Origin: Heterodontus francisci
Lineage: Eukaryota
Length of the DNA stretch: 64,000 nucleotides
NCBI RefSeq assembly: GCF_036365525.1
Contig: NC_090395.1
Location: 65,683,326-65,747,325, forward strand
Direction of reading: 5' to 3'
Below, piece by piece: positions 25,800 to 38,785 of this stretch (the stretch's first letter is position 1; every line of letters begins with the position of its first letter). The translations under genes were made by a program, and so were the position numbers. The notes beneath the pieces were generated by a model. That model worked only from the letters and a program-made list of their open reading frames with translations. It was not told where the DNA came from and made no database searches.

Positions 25800-26100
25800 A
25801 CAATAACTTGCATTTAGATAGCACATTTAACCTAGTAATCCCTCCCAAGATGCTTCACAGGCATGTAATTAGACAAAAATTGTTGCCAAGCCAAAGGTAG
25901 AGACATTCGGTCAGCTGATCAATATTTGGTCAAAAAGAGCAGTCAGTGTTAAGGAGAGGATGCTGGAGTTTTGGACTTGGACAACTCAAGGCATTGTCAT
26001 CAATGGTAAGGCAAATGAAGTGGGAATGCACAAGAAGCCAGAGTTGGAAGAACACAGAGTTCGCAGAAGTGGTTACAAAGATAGGAGGGGTGAGGTCATG
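25800..26100 (-). mobile_element. Old L2-like fragment, continuing at 28456-28870 across the younger LINE
   Basis: VTSRLDYFNALLGGLP in the 28410-28670 frame. Confidence 0.55.
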
Positions 26101-26105
26101 GAGGG

Positions 26106-28455
26106 TTTTTTTTTTATTCATTCAGGGATGTGGGCATCACTGGCTAGGCCAGCATTTATTGCCCATCCCTAATTGCCCTTGAGAAGGTGGTGGTGAGCTG
26201 CCTTCTTGAACTGCTGCAGTCCATTTGGGGTAGGTATACCCACAGTGCTGTTATGAAGGGAATTCCAAGATTTTGACCCAGCGACAGTGAAGGAACGGTG
26301 ATATAGTTCCAAGTCAGGATGGTGTGTGACTTGGAGGGGAACTTGCAGGTGGTGGTGTTCCCATGCATTTGCTGCCCTTGTCCTTCTAGTTGGTAGAGGT
26401 TGCGGGTTTGGAAGGTGCTGTCTAAGGAACCTTGGTGCATTGCTGCAGTGCATCTTGTAGATGGTACACACTGCTGCCACTGTACATCGGTGGTGAAGGG
26501 AGTGAATGTTTGTAGATTGGGAGCCAATCAAGTGGGCTGCTTTGTCCTGGATAGTGTTGAGCTTCTTGAGTGTTGTTGGAGCTGCACCCATCCAGGCAAT
26601 GGGAGAGTATTCCATCACACTCCTGACTTGTACCTTGCAGATGGTGGACAGGCTTTGGGGAGTCAGGAGGTAAGTTGCTCGCCTCAGGATTCCTAGCCTC
26701 TGCCCTGCTGTTGTAGCCACGGTATTTATATGGCTATTCCAGTTCAGTGTCTGGTCAATGGTGACCCCTAGGATGTTGATAGTGGGGGATTCAGTGATGG
26801 TAATGCCGTTGAATGTCAAGGGGAGATGGTTAGATTCGCTCTTGTTGGAGATGGTCATTGCCTGGCACTTGTGTGGCGCGAATGTTACTTGCCACTTATC
26901 AGCACATGCCTGGATATTGTCCAGGTCTTGCTGCATTTCTACAAGGACTGCTTCAGTATCTGAGGAGTCACGAATGGTGCTGAACATTGTGCCATCATCA
27001 GCGAACATCCCCACTTCTGACCTTATGATTGAAGGTAGGTCATTGATGAAGCAGCTGAAGATGGTTGGGCCTAGGACACTGCCCTGAGGAACTCCTGCAG
27101 TGATGTCCTGGAGCTCAGATGATTGACCTCCAACAACCACAACCATCTTCCTTTGCGCTAGGTATGACTCCAGCCAGCAAAGGGTTTTCCCCCTGATTGC
27201 CATTGACCTCAGTTTTGCTAGGGCTCCTTGATGCCATACTCGGTCAAATGCTGCCTTGATGTCAAGGGCAGTCACTCTCACCTCACCTCTTGAGTTCAGC
27301 TCTTTTGTCCATGTTTGAACCAAGGCTGTAATGAGGTCAGGAGCTGAATGGCCCTGGCAGAACCCAAACTGAGCGTCATTGAGCAGGTTATTGCTAAGCA
27401 AGTGCTGCTTGATGGCACTGTTGATGACACCTTCCATCACTTTGCTGATGATTGAGAGTAGGCTGATGGGGCAGTAATTGGCCGGGTTGGACTTGTCCTG
27501 CTTTTTGTGTACAGGACGTACCTGGGCAATTTTCCACATTGCAGGGTAGATGCCATTGTTGTAGCTGTACTGGAACAGCTTGGCTAGGGGCGTGGCAAGT
27601 TCTGGAGCACAGGTCTTCAGTACTATTGCCGGAATCTTGTCAGGTCCCATTGCTTTTGCAGTATCCAATGCCTTCAGTCGTTTCTTGATATCACACGGAG
27701 TGAATCGAATTGGCTGAAGTCTGGCATCTGTGATGCTGGGGACTTCGGGAGGAGGCCGAGATGGATCATCAACCCGGCACTTCTGGCTGAAGATTGTTGC
27801 AAATGCTTCAGCCTTCTCTTTCGCACTGTTGTGCTGGGCTCCCCCATCATTGAGGATGGGGATATTTGTGGAACCACCTCCTCCAGTTAGTTGTTTAATT
27901 GTCCACCATCATTCATGGCTGGATATGGCAGGACTGCAGAGCTTAGATCTGATCCGTTGGTTATGGGATCACTTAGCTCTGTCTATCGCATGCTGCTTAC
28001 GCAGATAGTCCTGTGTTGTAGATTCACTAGGTTGACACCTCATTTTGAGGTATGCCTGGTGCTGCTCCTGGCATGCCCTCCTGCACTATTCATTGAACCA
28101 GGGTTGGTCTCCAGGGTTGATGGTAATGGTAGAGTGGGAGATATGCCGGGCCATGAGATACAGATTGTGGTTGAGTACAATTCTGCTGCTGCTGATGGTC
28201 CACAGTGCCTCATGGATGCCCAGTTTTGCATTGCTAGATCTGTTTGAAATCTATCCCATTTAGCACAGTGGTAGTGCCACACAACACGATGGAGGGTATC
28301 CTCAATGTGAAGGCGGGATTTCGTCTCCACAAGGACTGTGCGGTGGTCATTCCAACCGATACAGTCATGGACACAAGCATCTGTGGCAGGCAGATTGGTG
28401 AGGATGAGGTCAAGTATGTTTTTCCCTCATGTTGATTCCCTCACCAGCTGCCGCA
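26106..28455 (-). mobile_element. Same LINE family, 5'-truncated, 499-aa open RT frame, poly(A) tail
   Basis: ORF 26169-27668; tail matches 12300-12360; inserted in an older L2. Confidence 0.92.
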
Positions 28456-29069
28456 TCTGAACACAAGGATGAGAATTTTATCATGGAAGCATCTGGGGAC
28501 TGGAAGCTAATGTGGACCAGCAAGCAAAGGGTTGAGGAGTGAAGCAGACACAGTGCGAGCAAGGATACAACAGTAGAGATTTGGCTGAGCTTACGTTGAT
28601 GGGGAGTGGAAGATGGGAGGCCACCCAGGAGGGCATTGAAATAGTCGAGTCTGGAGGTAACAATCAGCATGAATGAGGAAATTAGTGGCCAGGGAGGGGA
28701 TGAAATCCGTGGTTAGAGAACAGTGTTTGTGGTGGGGATAAAGATAATGGCTTCAGTCTTCACAATGTTTAATTGGCAGATATTGTGGCTCATTCAGTAC
28801 TGGATGTCGGATAAGCAGCTGGACATGCATAGAGGCAATGGAGGGGTCAAGAGAGATGGTGGTCAAACAGGAGATCAGGCTTCCTGCTTGTTTAAGTCAT
28901 AATTATCAAAATAAAGACCAAATCATAATATAATAAAATTAATATAACAACAGATTTGCAAAAACAAAGAAAATCAAAGTCTTATTTATACCAGCGTATC
29001 TCCTATTCTACGGTAATAAAGGTACATCACTCACATTATGTAAAAGTGTAACATACAATTGGAGCTAAA

Positions 29070-29270
29070 ATAAAAACAGAAAGTGCTGGAAATACTCAGC
29101 AGGTCTGGCAGCATCTGTGGAGAGAGAAGCAGAGTTAATGTTTTAGGTCAGTGACCTTTCATCAGAACTATAACGTTAACTCTCCTCTTTCCACAGATGC
29201 TATCAGACCCGCTGAGTATTTCCAGTACTTTTTTTATTTCGGATTTCCAGCATCCATGGTAATTAGCTTT
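29070..29270. repeat. Penelope-terminus-like inverted repeat with a degenerate hammerhead core
   Basis: Minus strand reads AGTTCTGATGAAAGGTCACTGACCTAAAACATTAACT. Confidence 0.65.
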
Positions 29271-30244
29271 TATGTAATTGGCGCAACTGGTTTCCAATGA
29301 ATGAATCATTCAAGTTGTCTATTTCTTACAGAATCTTGTTCATGTATTATTGATACTTTCAGGCTTCAAAATTGACACAAAAATGATGACAAAACTATGA
29401 AATAAGAAGTCTAGCTGTGCAGAGTGCAAGTGGGCACACAGATAAATTATTGCCAATATGTAAATAGAGACAGTTGAACGACGCAGCCATCATTTTGATT
29501 TTGGATTCTTCCTCCACTAATTTAATGTCCACGTTGATTTAATGGCCAAGTTGATTTAATGCGAAAATCCATTTTATTATGTACAATTGGGAAAGATAAT
29601 GTTCAAAGCTGGGTGAAGAATGAATATTCAATCAGTTGTAACCTGGGAATCTTCATTTTACCACCTTGGTCAAGCTGTGACCTTCGTATTCAGCGAGTGA
29701 CTGGAAAAGAAAATATTTAAGACATCAGTTTTATTGAGACGGAGAACGATGCTTATTTTCCATGTCAGTGCTGAACAGAATTCTGGAACTAGCAACAAAT
29801 TAAGGAAAAGCTTGTGATGGACTGGAGCTGTGTTGAGATCACTCTCCTCTCTCCTCCATCACACATTTGCTGGGCAAAGGTGCCAGTTGAGACCCTCTAT
29901 AATACATCTAACACCATTTTCTCATAGACAACTGATATTTTGCTGCACTCTGATGGTGGGTAGTTGACTGCAGAAGAAAATTGACTTGGCTACTTTATTA
30001 AATACATTTTAAACAGCCCCGTTGAGGTTCTCAGCAACAATAGCATCAGGCCTGTGTATGAAACTCTTGGTGCTCGACTGGATAAATTCAAGTTCCCTGT
30101 GTTCTTGTCCAAAAACAATTGTCCCTTGTGCCCTCCAGTAAAGTGCTTTTCAACTTTCCCATTTTCTCCCTTTTTCTTAAGCGACTGTTTAGTAACAATG
30201 GACCGCAAGTCGGGAAGGTTCCGTAATGGGCCGGTTGCATAGTA

Positions 30245-31100
30245 GCTACATAGCAACAGAAGCAGCTCATTCAATTGGTCCAGCCTGTTCCTCCAACCAA
30301 TTAGATCACCGCTGATCTGTAGTTCAACTCCATTGACCCACCATTGATCAATATCCTTTGATTTTCTTACCCAACAAATATCTAACGATCTGAGCTGTGA
30401 AAAACCCAGTCTTAGGATGAACCAGTTCCAGATTTCCACTGCTCTGTGGAAAAAATGCCTCCTAATTTCACTCTTGAATGACTTAGCAGTCATTTTTAGA
30501 TTATGCCACCTTGTACTGGATTCCTCCACTGAGAAACAGTTTTTCTGCACCTACCATATCGTAGCCCTTAATAATTTTCAACAGCTCAAACGACTCACCC
30601 CTCAATATTCCAAGCCCAAAGAAATACAAGACAATTTATGCAATCTGTCTTCATAACTTCACCCTTTACCCCACGTATCGCTCTGGTGGGTTTACACTGC
30701 ACCCTTTCCAAGGTCAATATTTCTTTCCTGAGGTTCGGTGCCCAAAACTGAAAGCAGAATTCCAGATGGAGTCTGACCAAGACGCTGTACAACTAAAACA
30801 TCACTTCTTCACTCTTGCATTTCAATCCTCTTAAAATAAAGGTCAACATTCCATGAGCATAATTGATTATTTTTGGTACCAGTGCACGAGCTTTTAGTGA
30901 TGTGTCTACATAGACACACAAATCTCTTTACTCACCCACATCATCTAGTCTCTAGCCATTAAGAGATTATTCTAATTTGTCTTTCTCAGATTCAAAGTGG
31001 ATGAACTCACACTTCCCCGCATTGAACTCCATCTGCCATAGATTTGTCCATTCACTCAGTCTGTTTATGTCCTTATGTAACTTCCTGCTCCCATCCACAC
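30245..31100 (-). mobile_element. CR1 3' fragment
   Basis: LVRLHLEFCFQFWAP, IRRHFF..VEIWN. Confidence 0.75.
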
Positions 31101-31559
31101 AATCTACGTTCTAGAATGGGTGAGTGATCCTGTCCACAGCGTTAATGCCAATGCTGTGAAGATGATAAGTTATTCCAGTGACACCAATTAGAAATTAAAC
31201 TCTTGTAACGTGGATTTCTATAACCTGGATTGAACCTGTTTAGCCATGGACTGCAAACACATCATCTAGGCTGGCAGTTCAGCACCATACAGCGGTAGTG
31301 CTCGATTGTCAGATGAAACATTGCCTGAGGGCCCCATCTGCTAGTTCAGGTGAACATAAACGATGTCATCACTCCATGTGAAGAAAAGCAGAGGAGTTTT
31401 CCCAGTGTCCTGGCCTAGGCAGATTAACTGGCCATTCATTTGCTTTGTTGTTTTTGGGACTTTGTTCTGTGCAAATTGTCTGTCACTTTTTCTGACATAA
31501 CAACAGTAACGCGGCAAATAAACTCACTGAGCAAATTTGACCAAGAACTCAATGTTTTG

Positions 31560-32717
31560 ATCCATGGCAGGGGGGCCTGAAGATGGGTCTGGGTGAGGTC
31601 CACCATGGACCTTGACGCCAGGAGGGCCAGGCCCGATCCTCCCGGCAGTGGTAAGGCTCTGTGGTGCCCCCTCCCCCGCCCCCGCCGCTGGGCAGCAGGA
31701 CCACAATTTAAATATGCAAATGAATAAAATTAATTAATGTACATACACTCTGTGATCTTCAGCTCAGTCGGGGAGCGCCACTCCCACACCTTCAGATCCC
31801 TGTCCAGGGAATCGCAGCGACACACTGATGGGGAGGGGGGAGGAGGTAAGTTTGTCAGTGTGGCAGGCGGGGGGATGGGGTCAAATAAATGTAATTGGTG
31901 TAGCGCATGGTGGGAAGGGTTGAACCTTAAACTTTGTGCAGTTTTGGGGGGGAAGGTCAGATGTTAAAGGTAAGTGTTTAGTGTGGGGGGAAGGGAAAAT
32001 AGTTCATATAATTGTTATTGTGGGAAAGGGGCGTTAGAAATTTATGTATTTAATTTTGGGAGTCAGGGCTTTAAATATGTAAATAGGGCAGAAGGGCTGG
32101 CTGCCCTTTAAAAAAAGAGCCAGCGCCTGTGCAAAGGCAGCTGATGCCATTGCTGGGGACGGACAGCACACTAAAGGCTTGCTCGGCTCTGCAAGTGAGA
32201 CCTGACCCGAGCCCAACAGAACCCCAACCGACCCCAAGCCCGACCCGGCCCGAGTCCTTCCATTTTTTCCCGCGCCCAACCCGACCAGACCCGACCATCA
32301 GTTAACCTACCTTCCGTTTCACTTTGTTCCTTACCTGCACAAGCTTAAAATAACTGTCGCAAAACCAATTTTAAAATCCAAAAAGTAAATTAGCATTAAA
32401 GTCACTCACCTGAGGTGGTGATAGAGCTTGTCCGGCCCGACCTGACTTGAGCCTGAATGCCGGACCCAGAAGTGCGACCCGACCCAACCCAAAAACGACA
32501 CGTCGTCGGTTCCCGTCAGGTACGGGTTGGGTAGCAGGCCTTTACTGCCCGCCCCCTACACGAGATTGGGGATGGGGGGGAGGGGGGCAGCTCGGCTATG
32601 AAATGAGCTGCCGTGCTTGTGATTGCAGCGGCTCTTTTGGCATAGGGCCCAGGCGTGCTGGCTGCTATTTTTTGAGCTCGCTGTCGAGATCGGCGGTGGG
32701 CTTTTAAAATCCAGTCC
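31560..32717. mobile_element. Harbinger-like MITE (left boundary uncertain) hosting a nested element
   Basis: GC-rich body, right end TAAAATCCAGTCC. Confidence 0.5.
32172..32544. mobile_element. hAT-like MITE with ACCCG-type subterminal repeats
   Basis: TIR TAAAGGCTTGCT / AGCAGGCCTTTA; many GACCCGA/ACCCG motifs; the putative 8-bp TSD matches at only 5/8. Confidence 0.6.
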
Positions 32718-33066
32718 AAAGAATGTAAAGAGCTTGTGACGACTTACAGACATGAAAGGCACCATGTAAATTTTATTATAAGAACCTTCACTGATAAAAT
32801 GAAACTTTCATTTATTAGTGGAAGTTCATCGAGACTAAAACTACATCTGGATGGATACAGCTACAACAAGAATCAAGAAGCCCAACACCATCCACAACAA
32901 GGAATCTATTTGATTTTGCCTAGATAACATCAGTAACACTTCAAAACTAACTCATATCACCTGTCAAACACTTTGTTTCATCTTGCGGATGTGAAAGCAT
33001 TCATATAAAAGCAAGCTTTTTTTTACAATATCTGTGATCAATTGCTTTGAAAGAATTGATAAATCG

Positions 33067-36000
33067 TGTTGTGATCCTGTAGTTTTTTGTTCTTTTCCAG
33101 GAAGTATGCAGTGTGCCATTAAAGCTGTAAAAGGATCAGTACTGCTTTTAGAACCAGAAAGCCTCAGGAATTAGAGAAAGTGCATTCCGGTTGCCATAGG
33201 ATACAAATATACAGAGAAGGAACCAACCAGCTTCAAAGAATGCATCCTGGTTACCCTGCAACAGCCATTCGGAGAACAAGGACCAAATATGCAATGTTAC
33301 GATGAACTGTTTGAACTGGCTTTTTATTTTTGATACAGACTGTTCTAACACACAGGCAGCTATTCTGCCAGCATATACTGAAGGAAAGAGAGTGCTCTCT
33401 TGGCTTATTTAAACCCTATTTATTATACTCTCAGAATCCTGATAAATCAAGCCAGATTATTTTCTTAAAAGAAAATAAACAATTACTTTAGCTACTCAAC
33501 TGTATTTGCTGAATTCATTGCTGGAAAAGGAAGAAGTGCATCACTTCAGCTCTTGAAATAGATTACTGACAGTCCTACTGTTGAAGAACTTTTTTTAATC
33601 CCCATCGGACAGCTGTGAGGACTTCAAGCAACCTTGGACTGTTCCACAATGGAAGATTCCATTTCAGCAGGAGCGTAAATCCACAAGGAAACCAACTTTT
33701 TCTATTTGGAATGTTGCTTCTATCTTAGTAGTGTTAGAGAATTTAGTTTTACTAATTAAACATTTAATTTGTTGATCTAAAGACACCTGATTTGGTTAGC
33801 CTGATTCAGGGGATAATAGATGGTCAATTTGGCAGTGTTTTTTTTAATATGGAAGGCTTAAAGTGATATGTTAGGCAATCTGTGGAGGGACGGGACTGAA
33901 TCAACAGTACGTTTCTCCCACTGCAATCAGAATCGTATATTTTGATTGGGGGCTTTGTCTTGAGGGGTCAATCATAACTTATTAATTGGGGGCTTGCTCG
34001 CGGTTGAATCATATTTAGTTCAGTGGCTCGTGGCTGGGATCAGAATCAGACTAATTTGGAGGGCTCACATTTGGAGTCATATTCACTACTTCTTTCTGGG
34101 ATAACATATTTAAATTGAGGTCTTGCATTTGGCCTCATATTTAATTGCACTCGCGTCTGGGATCATAGCAATTGGAAACTCGATTGTTGGGATCTCAATT
34201 TAATGCCAATTACAAAGAAAATAAAAGAACCAGGTGTCTTATATGATAAGGTACAGTCTATACTATTGTAATGGCATTAGTGGTTGCAACAGAGTTTTTG
34301 GGAAAGCAGAATGTTTCCATGAGTGACTTGATAACTTTAACTAAGAACAAATTAAAAGAATTGGCAACGAAAATGGGGTTTGGAATTGAAATTAGGTGCC
34401 AAAAAAGTAGAGATAATTGACATAATAGCTGAACATTCTGGAATTAGTAGAAGAAGATGATGAGGAGGATAATGATGATGATGGGCAATCCGAGGAACAA
34501 GAAGGCAGTAGGTCCAAGAGTGATGCAGTGGTATTGACTAGGATTCATTTAGAAATGAAAAAAACTTGAGGCAGAAAAAGAATTAGGAAAACTTGAATTG
34601 GAAAAAGAGGAAAGGAAAAAAGAAAAAGTGACAGCGATATGAAAACATGAATTGGAAAAAGAGGAAAGGGAGAAAGAGAGGGAACTTAAGTTAAAAGAGA
34701 TGGAACTAAGACAAAAGGGTAGACTTAAATCCTGGGAAAGTTTGGGTCAGGGAGAATCTGAATTTAGATCAGGATCCAGCGGAAAGTTGTTTACATTTAT
34801 ACAGGCTCTTCCTAAGTTCCAGGAAAGGAGCGTAGAGGCATTTTTCATATCTTTTGAAAAAATAGCCAAACAGATGAAATGGCCAAAAGAAAGCAGGACA
34901 CTGCTCATGAAGCTTATGCCATGCTTCCTGAAGAGGCTTCTACAGATTATGAGATGGCAAAAAAGGTTATTCTCACTGCATATGAGTTAGTCCCTGAAGC
35001 TTACCGTCAGAAGTTTAGGAACCTACAGAGATTGGCTGGGCAGACATATTTAGAATTTGAGAGGGTATTGCAAATTACTTTTGACCATTGGATACTGGCA
35101 TTAAAGATGGAAACCACATATGAGAACCTTCCAGAATTGATTCTTTTGGAAGAGTTTAAAAATTCCATTTCTTCAGTAGTGACAATTCATGTAGATAACC
35201 TGAAATTTTTGAAAGCTAGGCAAGCAGCAGAGATTGCTGATGATTTTGAGCTTGTGAATAAGCCAACCTATTTTGTCCGTCACCCCCATAAACCCGAGAA
35301 GGATAGAAAGTGGGAGAATGAAAAGAAGGCTAATAGCCAGGGACAAGAAAGAACAGCTGGGAATGCCCCAGGATCACCTCCTCAGGTCAGAAAGGAAGGT
35401 GCTGAGGGTAGAAGTGAGGTTCGCAAGCCAAAGTGTTATCATTGCAACAAAATAGGTCATCTTTGTTCAGAGTGCTGGAAATTGCGAGATAAACCCATAG
35501 GACTTGTTGGGGTATGCAAAGCTAGTGCAGAGGAAAAGACGATGACTAAAAGTATAGCAGACCAGGCTATAGCTTTAACGACAGCTGTGAAATCAGATAC
35601 TAAAACTAAAATGAATGTAGAGGTTAAGAATACAATACCTGAGCGTTATAATGAATTTTTGTCAAAGGGGAGAGTAACTCCATATTATGTAAGTGAGGCA
35701 GAGACACCTATCATTATACTCAGGGACACAGGAGCAACCCATAAACACTTGCTTGGGAAAGATATAAGGTTTCCACCAGAGAGCGCCTTGAAGGCTAAAG
35801 TTTTAGTTAATGGAATTGGTGGGGAGTATATACCTTTGTATAAAGTATGCCAAGAGAGTGACTTAACATCTGGGATAGTAACTGTAGTGTTATCCACAGT
35901 TTTACAGTAAAGGGAATTGATCTATTCCTAGGAAATGATTTGACTGGATCAAAAGTATCAGTTTCTCCTATTGTTACAGAGGAACCAAGTGAAATTAAGG

Positions 36001-38663
36001 AAACGGAGCAATTACAGGAAAAAGTTCTGGGAATATTTCCTCTTGTGTAGTCACCCGAGCAATGGTTAAACATGATCCATTATCAGAGCTGAAAGGGGCA
36101 CCACACTTAGATAGCTAAGTATCTGAAACCTTATTTGGGGATTTAGATAATACAAATGAGGACATCTCTAACAGATCATCTATCACTGCAGCACAACAAG
36201 CTAATCCAGAGAAATACAGAATAGCAGACGGCTCTGTCAGAAGCTGAGGCAAAAGGAGTTCCGGAAGGCTATTATATGACAAACAGGGTTTTGAGGAGGA
36301 AATGGAGACCGCCTCATAGACCTGCCGATGAAGACTGGACAGTTGTTGAACAGATAGTGGTACCATCTAAATATTGACAGGATTATTAAGGTTAGCACAT
36401 GACTTTCCTTTTGCAGGACATAGGGGAATTCGGAAGGCCAAATCACACATAAGCAAACATTATTACTGGCCAGGTCTTACACAGGATGTGAGACAATTTT
36501 GTAGGACATGCCATATCTGTCAAATGGTGGGAAAATCACAACCTACCATAAAACCAGGGGAAGTATTAGTGTTGTTACCATTACAGGGAGAACCATTAAA
36601 ATAACGGTTCGGTGGCCCATATCGAGTGATCAAAAGAGTGGGTAAGGTAGATTACTTGATTGACACCACTGATCGCCGGAGGAAGAACCGGTTTTGTCAC
36701 ATTAATATGCTTCAAGCAATATTACCGCAGGGAGGAGGTTAAGGCTCTACAGATATGTCAGGTAATCAGGACTGTTGAAAAAGAAAAGGATAGTGAGGAT
36801 GAGGCAGAAACAGACCTAGGAAATTCTCAGATTGAACCTCCAATAATCCAATTAGCGAATACAGAATGGCTAGGAAAATTAGACAATATGCTTTTACACT
36901 TAGAGGCAAAACAGCATGAAGTCCTAGCCAGGGTTTTCACAAGGTTTCACAACGTTTGTAGGGATAAGCCAGGATGCACAACCTTAGCCACACATGATGT
37001 GGGTATGAGGGAACCATTCATTTAAAACAACATCCTTGTTTCTTCGATCCAGACAAACATGCCCAAGTGGAAGCAGAGGGACAATGCATGATGAAGGGCA
37101 GCTTAGTTGAACCTAGTCAGGACAGCTGGAATTCACAGGTGGTCTTGATACCTAAACCTGGTGGGACGGCTCAAACTTGCATAAAATATAGAAAAGTCAC
37201 TGCGGTAAAGAAGGCAGACTCCTACCCAAATTCTTATTTAAACGACTGTATGGACAGAGTGGGCAACACCATGTGTCTTAAAGAGACAGATGTGCTGGAG
37301 GGATACTGCCAAATTCCTTTGACACCCCAGAGTAAGAAAAAGTTAGCTTCTATTATACCAAACAAGGTTTTTCAGTGGCAAGTGATGCCACATAGGTTAA
37401 GGGGTACTGAAGAAACATCTCAGAGAACAGTGAACCCAGTAATGGTCAGTGCTCCTAGCTGTGCACTTCATGTGGCTGAGGTGATGGACAATAGGAACAC
37501 TTGGAAGGATAGCAAAAAAATAACTGGAAGAAAATCCTTGGAAATTTGAAATGGGTTAATTGGGACAACCTTTTTGCAAATTTAAAGCCAAAAATGTTCT
37601 GGTAGAACTTGTTGCTGTAGTGCAATATTTTTGAAAAGTGAATACCTGTCAATGCAAGAAAAATGTGTTGGAGTTTTTTCAATTTGTATTTTTTACAAAT
37701 TGTAATAAAACACATTTCAGGAATGGTGTTTCATTCCACCAGGGGTGGAGGTGTTATGATCGTGTATTATTTTTTCTTTTCCGGGAAGTATGCGGTTTGC
37801 CTTTAAGGCTGTAAAAGGATCAGTACTGCTTTAAGAACCAGTAAGCTTCAGGAGTCAGAGAAAGTGCATTCTGGTTGCTGTCGGATACAATCATAGGGAG
37901 AGGGAAGCAACCAGGTTCAAAGAATGTATCCTGGTTATCCTGCAACAACGATTCAGAGAACAAGGACTGGATAGACAATGATGTGATTAACTGTTTGAAC
38001 TGGCTTTTTGATTTTGAGACAGACTGTTCTAACACACAGGCAGCTGTTCTGCCAGCATATACTGAAGGAAAGGAAGAGCTCTCTTGGTTTATTTAAACCC
38101 TATTTATTATACTCTCAGAATCCTGATAAGTCAAGCCAGATAAATTTCTTAAAAGAAAATAACCAATTACTTTAACTACTGAACTGTAATTGATGAATTC
38201 ATTGCCGGAAAAGGAAGAGGAACATAACTTCAGCTGCTGAAATGGACTACTGACTGTCCTACAGTTGAAGAACCTTTTTTTATCCACATCGGACAGTTGT
38301 GAGGACTTCAAGCAGCCTTGGATTGTTCCACAATGGAAGATTTCACTTCGGCAGGTGTATAAATCTGCAAGGTCACTAATTGTTTCGATTTTAAATGTTG
38401 TTTATATCTTAATAGTGTTTAAGAATGTAGTTTTTCTAATTAAACAGTTAATTTGTTGATCTAAAGACACCTGGTTTGGTTAGCCCGATTCAGGGGATAA
38501 TAGATGGTCAATTTGGCTGTGTATTTTTTAATTTGTAAAGTTTAAAGTGATACGTTAGATGATCTGTGGAGGGACAGGACTGAATCAACAGTGCATTTCT
38601 CCCCCCGCAATCAGAATCATGTGTTTTGATTGGCAGCTTTGTCTTGAGCGGTCGTTTGTAATA
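33067..38663 (+). mobile_element. Gypsy LTR retrotransposon, Gmr1-like order (gag-PR-IN-RT), decayed; LTRs at about 33067-33979 and 37752-38663
   Basis: Two similar ~910-bp LTRs; polypurine tract AGGGGTGGAGG at 37741-37751; CYHCNKIGHLCSEC; LRDTGA; HDFPFAGH..CRTCHIC placed before RT remnants (..GYCQIPL). Confidence 0.9.
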
Positions 38664-38694
38664 GACTGATTGAAACAAAGTTAGTAATCACTAC

Positions 38695-38785
38695 CTTAGA
38701 TTATCTTGTCCACCTTGTAAACAAAATGGCCCAAATCACCAGGAGAGCAAAGAGCACCCAGCATATCACATTGAAGATAATGTAA
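38695..38785 (-). CDS. Transmembrane exon: YIIFNVICWVLFALLVIWAILFTRWTR* (not in the ORF track)
   Basis: Long polypyrimidine tract plus AG at 38786; phase-2 entry gives about 22 hydrophobic residues then RWTR; TAA at 38703-38701; donor AAG|GTAG at 38695. Confidence 0.78.

Noticed and set aside
30054-30242. Plus-strand 'VYETL' ITIM-like tail exon
   Set aside because: Wrong strand for the receptor genes, imperfect consensus and no splice support.
34879-35910. Host SCAN/zinc-knuckle gene
   Set aside because: It lies between two LTRs and upstream of IN and RT remnants; it is Gypsy gag-PR.
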